A DNA stretch of 64,000 nt from Antedon mediterranea (Eukaryota > Animalia > Echinodermata). The translations under genes and the position numbers were made by a program. Below, piece after piece: positions 34,530 through 49,500 of the stretch (positions are counted from its first letter, which is position 1; every line of letters begins with the position of its first letter). The stretch is from NCBI RefSeq assembly GCF_964355755.1, contig NC_092674.1, forward strand, positions 1,550,001 to 1,614,000, read 5' to 3'. The notes beneath the pieces are model-generated. The model saw only the letters and a program-made list of their open reading frames with translations, made no database searches and was not told the origin of the DNA.

Positions 34530-37500
34530 TTACTTTGCTTGCGTTGATGTCTTCTGTTTGTTCATGTTGGTTAACATTTGGCTGATGTACGACGTTAGCA
34601 AATCGTCCATTTTGTAACCCTATAATAATATATATCCGAAATAGTTTAAACATACTAACAACCAGTAGACAACAACAAGATAACTTAAAAATTAATCCTT
34701 CAATTCAGAATAATATGTATTGTTAAAATATCACACACATAGCAAGAGTGTTTGTAATCTCAAGTTGTAAAGTAATATCATTTTATCTAGATATATCCTA
34801 AATTAGAGGAGGGGATAATTCTACTCAAGCATGAGACTACTCTGCCATATAGTATATCATAAAATAATAAAATACCAAACAGCTTACCAGTGAGGTTTCA
34901 CAAAGTAGCTTGGTGCCTCGGACAAGGTTACCAATTGTCATGTGGAAGTAAGTGTTACCACTACTCCAGTTGGAGATCTTGGTGAATGGATAGGTTGCCA
35001 GAGTATCCTGCAAAGAATATCCAATTAACATATCGTCAACTAATATATCATTTGTAGTTGTTTTGTCATTTATATTCAGACATTGCTTTGCCAAAGACAA
35101 TCAAGTTGTCCAGCAATGATCAGGTGAATCTTCCTTGTTTTAAATAATATAATAATTATGCAGATTTCTAGAGCGCACTTCGCCACCAAAGGTGCTCTTA
35201 GGCACTTTTGAATGCTAATAGTAGTAGATCACATAATCCTACCTTTGATTCTGTATCTATTAAGTTGACACCCAGCTTGTTTATGGCAATCAAGAGGGTC
35301 TTTGGATAAGTTGGTTCGGTCGTTTGCTGAAAAAAAAAATGGACAACATATTAGCAAATCAAAAACATAATAATGAATAGAAGATTAATATCATGGAATA
35401 AAAAGTGAAATACTTAGATTTAAATAAAGGTAATACTTACCCTGACTTCAAAGAATGCAGAGCCAAATGTAGGCCATCGATAGATGATCTTGAGGAAGGC
35501 CACCTTTGCCTCATCTCGTGATTTCCCAGAATGCTTGTTGTACGCTGCTACAATGCTCTGATAATCAAATCAAAAGATTTAAGTAAATTAGAGTGCCGAA
35601 AATATTTGAGCTTTTTAAAGATACATAATGTTTAAGTTCCAGGTTAAGCTAAAATTTATTTTCAAATACAATAATTGAAATTTGTATTCCAAGGTCCTGT
35701 AGGAATATTACAAATTTAGTTTGTACACTGTTTATTTGATATTTGGTATAACCTAAGTTTTAAAGTTAAACTTTTAAAAGTTGTATTCAAAAGTATAACT
35801 GGATTAATGCATGCAAAGAGAAACGCATAAAAACACAGTTCATTTATCAAAATAAGTGAATAGAGTATACAGCAGGGAGAATTTTGGATATATTGGAGGA
35901 ATTTTAGACTCACCCTCTTCCAGTCATCAGGCGATTGTTGTCTCACCAAATTAGTTGGCAAGAGTTCCTTCATGACCTTTGGAATGTTCTGGAACTCAGA
36001 CTTATCGTCGCCAAACCTGACACGATACTGGAGAGCTGCAAGGTTTGCAGCTTCGTCTTTCGTACACTTGTGGTAACCACGGAGAAGCTTCGGCAACTCC
36101 TGATGGTAGTGGAAGATGCAATCAGCATTTGGATCTTTACCAGGAACAGTGTTTGTCCACAGTTTCTTCATGAAGAACACTTGGTAGGTTAGAACCGGCA
36201 TTGTTCCTAAAAAAATGCAACATAACATTTTAAATTGTTTCTTATTATATATATATAATCATACTTTTACTATTACTTTCTGCTTATGTTTCATTTGTAT
36301 ACTCAAAGTGAAAAGAACAAGAGGTAATTCACTGTTTAAGATGTAGATTATACAATTGTAAATATTGTTACAAGAGGTATGAGTATCAAAATGAATAATG
36401 CTGCTCTACTTACCGTCCCTACTTGGCCTAGCCTTTCTGATCCAGTCAGTCAAATGTCTCACAAAATCAAAGAAAAAGTCTCCTTCTGGGACACTAATAA
36501 CTGCAAGAGAGAGAATATTTATCAAATAAAAATATTTTATTTATTTTTTATTACACTGAATTTTATATTTAAATCTCTGTCTACACTATCAAACTTTATG
36601 TGATAAAAAATGTGAAGGGCAGACAGTATATGGGCATGATGATGCCATATTTAGGCGTATCACTACCATATTTAGGCGTATCACACTAGTCTGATAGTGT
36701 AGAGCTTTAGAAGGTGTATATCCAAATGGTTTACTATACCTTTGTCAGCAATCTTTACAAATAAACTAAAACCCTCTGCTGATTTCAGTCGAAGACGTTG
36801 TGCGATGTTTTGACAGAAATCTTTTGCTCTTGTACCGGAGTCAACTTCAAAAGCCTAAAAAAATTAACATCATGAAAATCAATCTCAATAATATGTCATT
36901 CTAAAATTTTAAAATAACCACAGTAACGGTAACATTTTGGTAATTAAAGATGCAAGGCATCCAACCCAATTTTGTATTAGAAGAAATCAAGTAATGTTAT
37001 AAAAGTTGCTGAAAAAATTATATAAGATACTAACCTCATCCGTGTCGTCTGGGAAATAGACCTTATGGAATATCTGTGTCGTCTTGTGAATGATTGCCTC
37101 GACTTCTACCAGATGCGGCGGATATTTGCGCTGACCGTATCTGATCGTCTTCTGCAGCCTGTGTATACAATCCATGGCCAACTGATGGCGCTTTGAGCGC
37201 AAGAACTTAGTTACTTCAGGAAGTAAAGTCTGGCTGCAAGCAAAGATACCAGTCATCAACCACATCAACTCCCAGCCTCGCTCTTCACTGAATCTATTTA
37301 AACAAATAAACAATTTTTTTTGTATTTTTAATCATTAATAAAAAATATACAATATAAATATGAAATATATATAAGTTCATAACTAACATAACTAAAGCTC
37401 TGTCCACACTATCAAACTGGTTGGAGAAAAAAAGTGTTTTGTGCCAAAATATGGTAATGACATGCCCAGATATGGTAGTGATATGACATCATGATGTCCA

Positions 37501-40500
37501 TATATGGACACATCACATTTTTTTGTCACATGAAGTTTGATAGTGTAAACAGAGCTTTAGAAGTTGACCACTTCTAAAATATGTCATATTTAAGATATCC
37601 TTTTTGTCATCTTGTGTTAATGTACTGTTTTATGGCATAGAAATAAATATTATAAACACTTACTTTATTTTATTGTTTGTTAGCTGCTTAATAATATGGC
37701 AATATATCTCATCTCTTAAAGGCTCATTCTTTAAAGCGCCCTCAAATATTTGATCGGTGAGCTCATTACCATGTCGGTAGTTTCTCCTGGTAGGATAGTC
37801 TCCCATATATTTCATGATAGGTGCAGAACAAATTAAGGATTATAATATAGTGAAATGATTGGATAAAGTAAGAGTTTAAAATCAGAACTCATTAATTAAA
37901 TTGGCTTTATACAAAAGGATATCCATAAAAGACTCTGTAGACTCCCTCGCTAGTTCATCGTTGCTCATCAGCTTCTTCAGAAGGGGCTGTCTGATTGGTT
38001 CCTTACTGTGACTCCACAACTCGTCTTGTTGGCGCCCTCTTAGAGACCTCACAGCTTTACTCAATGTTCGTTTTGGTGGCGGCCTGTAAAATATTTGTGT
38101 TACAATTGAATTATTAAGGTTTGATTAAATGTTTGCCCTACTCTGACGTAAAGCTACTCCACAGTAGCAATTACGATTATCAATGTTTGCTAACATATTG
38201 TAAAGAATCGTCTTTGTTACAAATGCTCTTATTAGACCATACTTGTTAGAAGTGTAGAATAGCATGGTAAAACCTATTCATAGACAGTGAGCAAACACTA
38301 TTTTTGATATAGCTACTTAAATTCACTGGACTTCACTGAAATTGATGCCAACCGCAATTGTAAAATTGTTATCGTGTTGGTACTCACAGCAACAGTTTTG
38401 TATTAAATGGGGAAGATCCATCTCCCGATGGTTCTATGTAAGAAACGAGTGCGACAGGGCGGAATCATGTCTCCGTTACTGTATAATGTTTACATTGATG
38501 ATCTGAATGTAGCACTTAGTAGATGTGGGTATGGGTGTAGAACCTCAAATACTGTCCTAAATAATTTATGTTATGCTGATGACATGACTATTATGGATCA
38601 ATCTTTTTATGGGTTGAAAAATATAGTTAAAATATGTGAGCAGTATGGTTTAGAACATGATGTTTATTTATAACGCAAAACATCTGTCTGTATGGTTTTT
38701 TTCTCCAAAGAAGAAACATGGTGAAGTGGTATCAAATATTATGCTAAATAATGATATATTATGTTACATCAATGAAGTGACTTACCTAGGTCATATTTTA
38801 CGTAATAATTTAGATGATTCTAATGACATTAATCGCCAGTATCAAGCTCTTTGAGGTAACACTCTTAGTAGACGTTTTAGTAGATGTAATGAGAAGGTTA
38901 AATGTAATCTGTTCAGGTCGTTCTGTACTAATCTGTACTGTTGTATGTTATGGTCTAACCACACTGTTAAGATTATTAAATCTTTGGAGGTGTGCTACAA
39001 CAACTCATTGAGAATGTTGCTAGGCTTACCTACGCACTGTAGTGATAGTAATATGTTTGCCACGAGGAGAATTCCCTCTTTCTACATGTACGCTAGTGCG
39101 TCTATGGTTTCAGATTAAGAATTGTGAATAGTAAAAACGATCTGGTTAGGTGTACCACAAACTATTTGTTCCGATATTCAAATCTCTACACTAAGTGGGA
39201 AAAACTCCTATTTTAGTTTGATTTTCCGGTTTTGTATTATTTGTTGTATAAGTATATATGGAATATTTATTCTGAAATAAAGTGATCAAATCAAATCAAA
39301 ATCAAATCAAATTGAGGTTACTAGCAATGCAGAGAAGGGATTCTTAATATTAGTTAAATACACTTTGTCAAGGCATACTTGGAGAAGCCACTACAACCAC
39401 AATGGTTCTTCAATGTCTTTTTCAGTCTTTTTGAACTTACCTAAAATGATCAATAGCAAACTCTTCTAATGTATGTGGCTTCTCTGGTGAATCTTGACTG
39501 CTGATGGCCATCTCTGATGGTGACATCAGTCTTTCAGCTAGTTGACTTCTGTCCATTGTAAAAAGAGCCTAACAAAAAAACAATAATAAAAAGAGCCTAT
39601 GAAAATATGTTTCCATATTTAAAATATAGAAAAAATAAAAAAAGAGCCTTTCATAATATGTTTTCATATTTAGAAACAATAATAAATAAGTTAGTAATAA
39701 TGAGAAAGTTACAAAATAGAAAGTTTAAATACAAATTCCCAAAGAAAAGTTAATATTTTGGTCAATTTTACAGTCAACTTGGAATAGTCAATACTGGACA
39801 AGATTGGGCTGGCTTAATATGTCTGGTTTCCAAATGTGTTTTTGGGACCTCTGGGACTTTAAGAAAGGTCCGGTTTCTGGTTATCTGAGAGTCTGGTATT
39901 GGGAGAGTTGACTAAATAACAAATTTCTCATTCTATTGGAACATACCACTATTTCACGGGGAGGTTTAGTCATTGTTGGAAGAACGTATACACAGTCAGC
40001 AGGGAAGTCTCCTTTCTTGCCTGTCCTGTCGTTCTCTCCATAGCACCAGCCACTGTTCATTACAGAGTCTCCGTTCTCGTGTTCTAATATGATCAAGTCT
40101 CCCTTCTGGAAACTCAAGAAAGATGAACCTTCTCCTAACAAAAATAAAATTACATTTATTTAGGAATTTGGTATCAAGTATCTATTTACTGAATTTGTCT
40201 GAGAAACCTGAAGAATGTTTTTATACCAATTCTTGTCGCATCTTGTTTCTGCAGTAGTTGTTCATTGTGTAAACTTGAATTGAACTTACCTTGGCTAGGA
40301 TTGTCTTGTAGAGCTACAACAAATCGTGATTTCTTTTTCAAGCCTTCGAGAAATCCTACGATCAAGTCACGAATGTCTTCCGCATTTGATGATGTGAACG
40401 TGAATTCATCGCCTTTGACCGTAAGCAAGGTGAAGCTTTGACCATGAAGTTTACCAGTTCTACAAAACAGTTCAAACATTTACAGTTGGATGTGCATTTA

Positions 40501-43500
40501 GTAAAGCATCCTTGCGTTGCGTCGCTAGTGGGAACCAAGCTTTAAATAAAGTAAGTTGGAACAGCTTCTATATGCAGCGCCTATACAGTAGTTCCCAGAA
40601 CACATGTGAAAATAGCATTGTTATAATAAGCATGGGCGTACACATGTTGTTGTATACCTTACCTGCTACTAGACACCTGTGTGATTTCTGGGAATGATAA
40701 TTCAAGTAACACCTGTTCCAGGTCATCTACCACATAAACACCGGTCCAGTTCACAGCCACAATCACATCATTTTTTGGCAGGCTCGGTCCTGAGAATTTA
40801 TAGGCTTCGTAGAATCGTGAAAAGAGCAGCGGCCATTTAAAGCGAGCGTAGTCCACTACATCTTCTTTGACTCGCATGCCTTCAACGTTATCACGAACAT
40901 AGTAACTCTGTAAATTACGATTAAAATAGCATATTCCATTATTTACATTGGGGTGTCAAGTCAAACAAGAAATCACATTAGAATTTATAGCTTACATTTC
41001 TATGCTCTTGTCGAACTAACTCAGCCCATCTTTCAATTGTCTTGGACCCAGTCATTGCACTGTCTGGGATGTACATAGGCAGTAAGCCAATCAGCCGATC
41101 CGTCACCATCTGAGGACCATACTCTACATAATACTGCTGAGCTGCTGTTGCGGCCAAATCAGTATCCTGTCAAAAAACAATTATTAATTTATGGTTTATT
41201 TGTTACACCTTTTGTTATAGAATTTATCCAATGGTAGCGATTATGAGTAACTTTTTTTAATCTCACAGATTTCTTATCTCTACATTTTATTTGAACTTCA
41301 TTGCAATTTTTTTACCAGCTTACTCAATTTTAATAATGTATTTTTAATTTTCAAATAAAAAAAAGCTTGATTAGATAACCAATAGATAACATACCCGATC
41401 ACATCTGTACTCTCCAAATTTAATCCCTCTGACTACTTGCTGGTAGATGAGGTTTGTGCCAACAGGATCTTCACGAGCATCATGCCACGGAGCAAATATC
41501 TCCTTACGGAAAAACAGTCGCCATGGCGCATTGCGCTCCTGGGCACCTTGTTCTTTTGCGTATTGTTCACATTGTGAGATGGCATCCATAACATGATCAC
41601 CACCGCTGCCAAGTGAAGACACCTATTAAAAAAATGTGCAATGTGTTTAGCAGTGAGAAAGCAAGCTAAATTAGTTATTCTATGGTTGTCTTGAAATAGA
41701 AAAAACAATACCGTATATCCTCTGGTATAATCCCACTTAGGGTCTAATCCCACCCCTGATTTATGTCCCACACTTTTGGTCTGGATGTAGGCCTCTCTCT
41801 AGCCAGTTCAGATGAGTTTTTACAAGAAATTTTTACCAATAATTTTTTCTCTGAACCAGGCTTTCTCTGGGTATTCCTACCCATCAAAGTCACCCAAATT
41901 TCGTGTTTTAGGGGAGTAGGATTATACCAGCGGTATATTTGTTTCTCATGGTTTGTCAAACTACAATGGAAAACAGTACCTTGTCAAAGAGTGCGATATA
42001 AAGAGAGAATCCAAACTGGTCATTAAGTCCAATCTTCTCTGCCAGCATCTGGCAGAGTTCTCTTGCAGTAGTTGCAGAGTCTGCTAGTAGTGTCTTTGTT
42101 GTGCCATCCATGAATGTTATCGGCAGCATAATGGGTTTCTTGGATTTTGTGGCCTATAAGATTGTCCAAAATAATGTTATACTGACTAGTGAAAAATGTA
42201 TTCATGTTATATAGCATAGAATGTATTCATAATATTAAACTTTAAAGTTCTGTCTACACTATCAAACTAACTTGACAAAAAAGGTATGATAGTGACATTT
42301 ACAAATATGGTAGTGATATGACATCATTGTATCCATTTTTTGTCACATAAAATTTGATAGTGCAGACAGAGTGTTAAGCAAACAAACAAAAATAATCCAA
42401 ACAAATTTGACCAACCAACCTGTAGCTCCAACCAGCTTGGAGGTTGATTCCTGGTGCCATTGGCAAACGTCCTTCGTAGTCGTTCTTCACAGTATGGTGC
42501 ATAACCTGGTGGACCCTCACTTATGAAGCAACGCAGGTACTTGACAAACTAAAGAGCAAATTGATAGAATTTTGATTTCTCATGTTTGTGTAAACTATGC
42601 TTATTTTTTGGTTTTATTTCCCAAGCATCCAACAGCAAGCACAAACTTGCCAATTACGCATAAACTATTTTTATAATTTATCGTGCTTATAAACTAAGTC
42701 TCATTTGAGGCATAGGGAATGGAGTCGAAAGAGTCGTGGGTTACAACCCTAGCACTAGGTCAGGATTGAACCATGGACTTTGGGATTGGAAGGCAAGCAT
42801 GTTAACCACCAAGCAACAGCTCCACTACAAAAGATTTATTAAATAATTCCTATAGTACTTATGCCTCCTATTAAGAATTTAAATTTAGCTTAATTTGTGA
42901 ATACATCAATAATTTCTAAGCCATTGCAACAAATGTCTGTAATTTTAAACAATAGGAATGATTAATTGAGGCGTCTTACCCGATCAGTTGGGGCAAAGCA
43001 TCCAACACAAAGTGAGAGTAGAATCCATCCTCTGGCATGACTTCCTTTAGCTGTGTTGGCACTCAGTTGTTTACAGATCATGCAGTAAATCTCATCTCTG
43101 TAAAGAAGAAGGAGATTTAATTAACACCAACAGCAGGCCACCTATATCAATTCTAAAAGCTCTGTCTGCACTATCAAACTAGTTTGACAAAAAGTGTGAT
43201 GTGCCTAAACATAGTGGTGATATGTTTAAATATGGCAGTGATATATATAGTGATATATATAGATAGATTTGTTGTCACATAAAGTTTGATAGTGTAGACA
43301 GAGCTTAATACATTTGTGTAGGTCTAGTGTACTAAACCAATGTGAGTACTGTATTTCAAACTGAATGTGATTTTCTCATGATGTATGTTACCTTAACTCT
43401 GGTCGTAATATTCCATGTCCAATAATAAAATGTAGTTTTTCCAAATTCGATGTTGGTCTGTCAATAATCATGCTCTGATTTACATCAATTTCTTCACCGT

Positions 43501-46500
43501 CTCGGATTCTTTCAGCGACGTCCTGCGAGATCTTTGATTTTCTTTTCAGCGTCAACGATACAAGTTTTCTGCGAACAGTGTTTTTACGTTGTGAAGCTGT
43601 AGTAGTACTCATGGATGCCTATAAAAACAATATTTAAAAGTATGACACAAAAAATAATATAGTAAATTAATACCGTAGTTGATATAAACGGTTACATATA
43701 GAACACAGGATTGTGTCTTAATAATTGCCAAGAAGTTTCAATCAAACTAAAATCTATTTTAACTTTTAAGTAAAACTATACTAAATGCTGAATACTAATT
43801 CAAATGTTTTAAGCTCTGTCTGCACTATCAAACTACTTTGACAAAAAAAGTGTGATGTGCCCATATATGGTGGTGATATGCCTAAAAATGGTAGTGATTA
43901 ACATCATCATGAGCACATCACATAAAGTTTGATAGTGTGGACAGAGCTTTAGACTTTTGTTTCTGTTTTTATAAAATTCTTTTTTGCAAAGCCATCTAAG
44001 AAAAAAAAAAAAAAAAACTACAATTAAACTTGTTAGAATTATACATAAAAAATGCAAAACAGAATTTGTGGAGATTAAATGACTTTTTTATCATTCACTG
44101 GAAGTCAAATATTGTTAAAAGAAAAACATAAACACTATATTCACAATGAAGCAGATAAATAGTATGAGCAAAAAAATACAAAAAGGATTTTAAAAGAAAA
44201 AAGGTTGTAAAAATGAAGCGTTAGTCTACCATTTTGTTGGATCCATATAAACTCCTCTGTGGAATGTAATGAAGAGAAGAAAAATTGAAAAAAAAGAGAG
44301 ATTTAAAGGAAATGAAAACAGTAAAGTTTGAATAAATGGAGGAATTTAAATGTGATTATTAAAAAAATTCATAGTAGAATGTAGAATGAGACCATCTCTG
44401 CCCTCAAAATGAATCCATTGATAAAATATTTCTCATAAACAAGACACTCAGACCAGTGGCGTAACGGTTATGAGCGCTCACTGGCTAAACCGAGGGGTTC
44501 TGAAGCAGTACTCAGAGCAAAAACAGGAATTAAATATGTCAAAAAATGCCTGAGGCATCCATTGTTGGAGAGTCCCTAAACCAGGGGCCTCAGGCCTCCG
44601 TGTTACGCCACTGACTCCAACATTCCTGTGCTTGATTCCTGGTGGATAATCTAAGAACGTATCGGAATAACTTGCAGTATAAAAGGTGTATTAACGTAAT
44701 GTATATAACCAAGTATGGTACAAGGGTGCCTGGATACTACATTTGGGGAAACTTATATGGTGGAATTATTCGGATTGCATTAACACTTTCTTTTATTTAC
44801 CATATTTATTTGAATTTAGCATAAATTAGGTGGTGGGATTACATTCGAGGATGGGTAGGTCATAATTTGATAACCAACTTACAGCCATAGCAGAATCTTC
44901 ATTCATGTCAGCAAGTTCTTTTTGTCCTCTACTTCTACCCAGTGTATTATATATCTTGGTCATCACAGACTTTCCATCCTGCAAACAAATAGGTATTTCA
45001 TCAAAATATGTTTAAATATATATATATATATTATTATTATTATTGTAAACTATTGTAACAGACACTAAGCATATTAACTGGGAAAGTACTAAGTAACATA
45101 CAATGCAAATTTCTCACTTACCCTATCAGCCAATGAGGATTGTGCTTTAGGTTCAGGAAGATCTCCCATGAATCTCAGTATAGTTATCCACACAGCCATT
45201 GCAGCCTGCAAGTAAAACACAATCACTATCTTTATTAAATGTACACTTATTATATAGTCAACTCTTCCAATACCAGACACCTTTGCAGAAAGAAAGTCTG
45301 GTAATTGGGATGTACTGTATTTCTAATGGTAACAATGAATTAGAAACCTTTTGGACCTCAAGAAAAGTCTAGTTTGGTGCAGTTTCTGGTTTTTAGAAAG
45401 TCTGGGAGAATTGACATACATACATAAAAATTAACCAAAATCCTGTCACACCTGTCACACCTGTCTTACCTGTCGATCTCCTTCATTTTTGAGAGCTAAC
45501 AAAGGCTCTGTAAGCTTCTTTCTAACGTATGTAGCTGTCGCACCACCTTGAAAATAAGTGGCGGCAAACTTGGCAAATTTGTAGTCAGAGATGTCTTCCT
45601 CCTGATCTGGTAACGGCAGACGTTGGTTAGGGTCATCTGGACCTCTTTCAATGGCTTCCTGCCTTGACCTTTCCAAGTCCTTAAATAGATGACATAACAA
45701 AATGTAATTAATAAGTTAATTAAAAGGTTTGCAATTGTCTACTGTCTTTTAACTGGTTAAAAATAATAATGTTTAAATTAGGAATATAAAGGGTTCCTGT
45801 CCAATAAAACTATTGTATATCAATACCAAATTCTAAAATAGATAACATCACAAAATGCAAATTACATCAATAAGTTTAATTAACATTTATTTCATATATA
45901 TTCGACCTTCTTATTTACATACCCCTTGGTCTGAAATTAAGAAAGAATGTTAGGCGTTCCTGTCCAATACAACTATTATATCAATATGTCTACTAAGTTT
46001 ATCTGTATTTTCCCACAAAATACAAACAACAAATTTATTTTAAAAAATACTAAATATGGCATGATATCTACCTCAAAGCCCACTGGTGCTTGTCCACTAC
46101 TGTTATCTTCTGCAAGAATCTCGCCAAAGACCTCGTCAACAAGATGTTCATCACTAATGTCACGATTTCGTCTCTTTTCTGCATCAACTATTTTCTGGAT
46201 GTTGTCGAGTCGTTCTCTCTTTCGTCTCGATTCAATTTCCGCATCTTCCTGCTCCATTTCAAGAAGTCGCGCCTGGTGAGATAAAAAATAAAACATTGAA
46301 ACTGAATCATATATTAATTAATTATTGAAAGCTGTGGGCGTATCAATTTTATCTCTAGTGCGTGTGTGTACAATTGAGGGACTAGTGTTGTTCATTCGTA
46401 CTACGCCGAGAGTCGCTATCTAATCGAGTTTGAACACTACCATGAAAGCCCTAGTGGTCTAATGGTTAGGACATTCTGGGTTCCAATCTCGGTTGGGGCG

Positions 46501-49500
46501 ACTTTTTCTCATTCTCACAGATTTCCTCATCTTTATCATTTCAAATTAATTATTAATTATTATTTTACATATCCTATATATAGTGCAGTATTTACCTGCA
46601 TTAGCCTTTCTGCTTCTTCCTTCGCTTGAGCTTTCCCCATTTTTTTCTTCAGTTGTGATTCCATCTTCTTCCTGTATTTCAAAGCTTCTATTTTTCTACG
46701 ATTCTGAAATAAAAACGTGAATTAAAATGTTTAAATACCGAAACACAACAATGTTTGTCATTGTTATTGAATACATTTTAAGAGAAATTCATCTACTTAC
46801 CTCATTTCGGAATTTTCGATATTGTTTCATTGCCAGCAGCATCCTGAATCCAGCTTGAATCTTGACAACGCTACCAAGATACTTGCGAGTTACTCTACGT
46901 ATTAAGTAACCACGACAATGAGCCTAACATAGACAAAAACAAGAAATTTAAATAGTGAGATATTTCAAATGTTTTGTCTATTAAATTTTAATCGTCAGAT
47001 AAATTGCTGTGTTGAAAAATAAGAATGATTCAACAAATTTACTTCATTCTTTCTTCTAACTTATTAAATTATTATTCAATTATTCTAACTTATTTAATAG
47101 TATCTATTCTCTTGTTTCTTATTTATTTTACAATAAATATTTATTGTTGAATATATACAATTGGTCAGAATGTTTTCTAGCATTGCAATAAAAAATAACA
47201 AAAATTGTGTTTAATAAATCAGAAACAATCAAGTTGTTTACAAACCTGGAATAGGTATATCCTGTGACGAATAAAGTGAAACTTGAATGATAGTGTTCTG
47301 GACCTGATACAGGCTTGTAACCTCAAGAAACCTTTCCTCATCTAAAACAAAGATATCAACAGAAATACTTACACAGAGTTATCCTATGTAAAAGTGTCAA
47401 TTTGACAGTATACTAATAAACAGTATATTAATAAATCAAATAGCAACAACATGTCGGTTTTCATGTTGGCATCAAACCACTTTGAACTAAGATAAACCTA
47501 CCTTTAAAAAGCGTACTCGATCTGCAAACTTTCTCCAAGAGCGTTGGATGTAGATGGCGCTTCTCCTCATTGCTACGTATCGTTTGCGGTAGAACCATCC
47601 ACGCACCACCTTCTGTATTATGATGCATTTCTCAGCTAAGGCTCGGTCTCTAGCTTGCTCTAACAATAAATCTTGTGCATCCTGTATGTGCATAATATCA
47701 GAAATATTAAAATTATTAGTCTACTATCAAATTCCCAGACACACTCAGGCTCTCCTACTATGTCTGATTTATAACTATTTTTTTTAACTGACTGTATTAA
47801 TGAAGCCAGTTGCAAATAAAACTTTAATATTAATCTTAAAAAGCTATACCTTTAAGAACACTTTCTGAGTTCCCAATTGCCAGTCTTGGCCGCCTAACAT
47901 GTCTGAGCAGATACTCTTACTTGCCGCTTTACAGTTCTCTTTATGTGCTGGTTTTATTCCGTGTCCAAGTATCCTATACCGCGCTACAAAATCATAGAAT
48001 GTGTGACGTATTGGATATCCAGCACGACGTATACTATGAAGAAACAAGATTTAAATATTGTGTTTAATTCATAATTTGTTTATTTCATTCAATATAATTC
48101 AATTCAACTTTATTTCAGACAAACTGTTCATATGAAACATATACATACAATAAAAAGAAGAGAAATACAAAGCATTATGTGACAACCGTCATGGAGACAG
48201 GACCAAGATGGAATTAATCAATGATAATGTACAATCAAATAAAGGAGTGAGTAAAGAAGAAACGTAAGACGTACCTAATGGTCTCCATCATACCAGAGTA
48301 ACGTAGTTGCCTTACAACAAGTTCACGCTCAAAGAACTGGAGGAAAATAAAATGATGGTAATAATTAGTTTGAAGCATTATCATCAAGCCAAAATGTCAA
48401 ACCTGTTATTTCCTAGATATACAAATAGTATCTTGGTTAAACAAAGGCAATCTAACAACAGGATTCCGAGTTCCGGAGATCAAAGGGTTTATCTGTGGCT
48501 GCGAAACGATCAGTTCTACGCCCTTACAGATACAGTGTGCAGCGAAGAAAATGTACATAGTAAAGTACTGTTGGTATTTGTCGCAGCCAGACATAAGATC
48601 AAAAGACTGTTATTATTTTTATCAAGGTGTTAGATTGTCTTGGTTTAACTGACTTCAGTACCATAGTCTCAACTTACGCTTGGCTTCTTAAACTCATTAG
48701 GTTTGATACAACGCACAAAGAATGGTTGGCATGCGTTAAGCGTCTTCATAAGCGCATCAAGTGATTTCTTAAATTGCGCTCCTAACGTTGAGGACGTCTT
48801 CCTGGTGTCCCTGTTAGATTCCAGATCAGTCTTAAAGAGCATTTTGAGGAAGCCGTTTTTGCTCTTCTTAATTAATTCTAAAAAGTCTGGGCTAAATGTG
48901 TCTCTGTTCTTGTCCAGGAAGCCTGAAAGAGAAAAGATTCTTTTTATTTAGCCACAATACAAAATTAATTTAACGATGCAATAAATACTGAATTAAATAA
49001 ATTCATTGACCATTACGGATTTCCACTTTTGATATTGGCATTCAAATGGCTATAATCAACTCTTTTCTGATATATATTCCAACTCTTTTCTCTAAGTTTG
49101 GTAGCAATACTATAAGTTACCAACTCTTTTCTCTAAGTTTGGTAGCAGTACCATAACTTACCAACTCTTTTCTCTAAGTTTGGTAGCAATACTATAAGTT
49201 ACCAACTCTTTTCTCTAAGTTTGGTAGCAGTACCATAACTTACCAACTCTTTTCTCCAAGTTTGGTAGCAGTACGATAACTTACCAACTCTTTTCTCTAA
49301 GTTTGGTAGCAATACTATAAGTTACCAACTCTTTTCTCTAAGTTTGGTAGCAGTACCATAACTTACCAACTCTTTTCTCCAAGTTTGGTAGCAGTACAAT
49401 AACTTACCAATAGTTTCATAGAACACCTGTCCAGCAAAATGGTTGATTCCAAATTGCGTTCCTGCTGCGGACCGAGCCTTTACATACAGTGGGTTTTTAC

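Noticed and set aside
46325-46560. tRNA gene (GCCCTAGTGGTCTAATGGTTAGGAC...GGGTTCCAATC)
   Set aside because: The anticodon arm is missing and the downstream part recurs at ~41260-41300, so it is a repeat remnant and not a tRNA.
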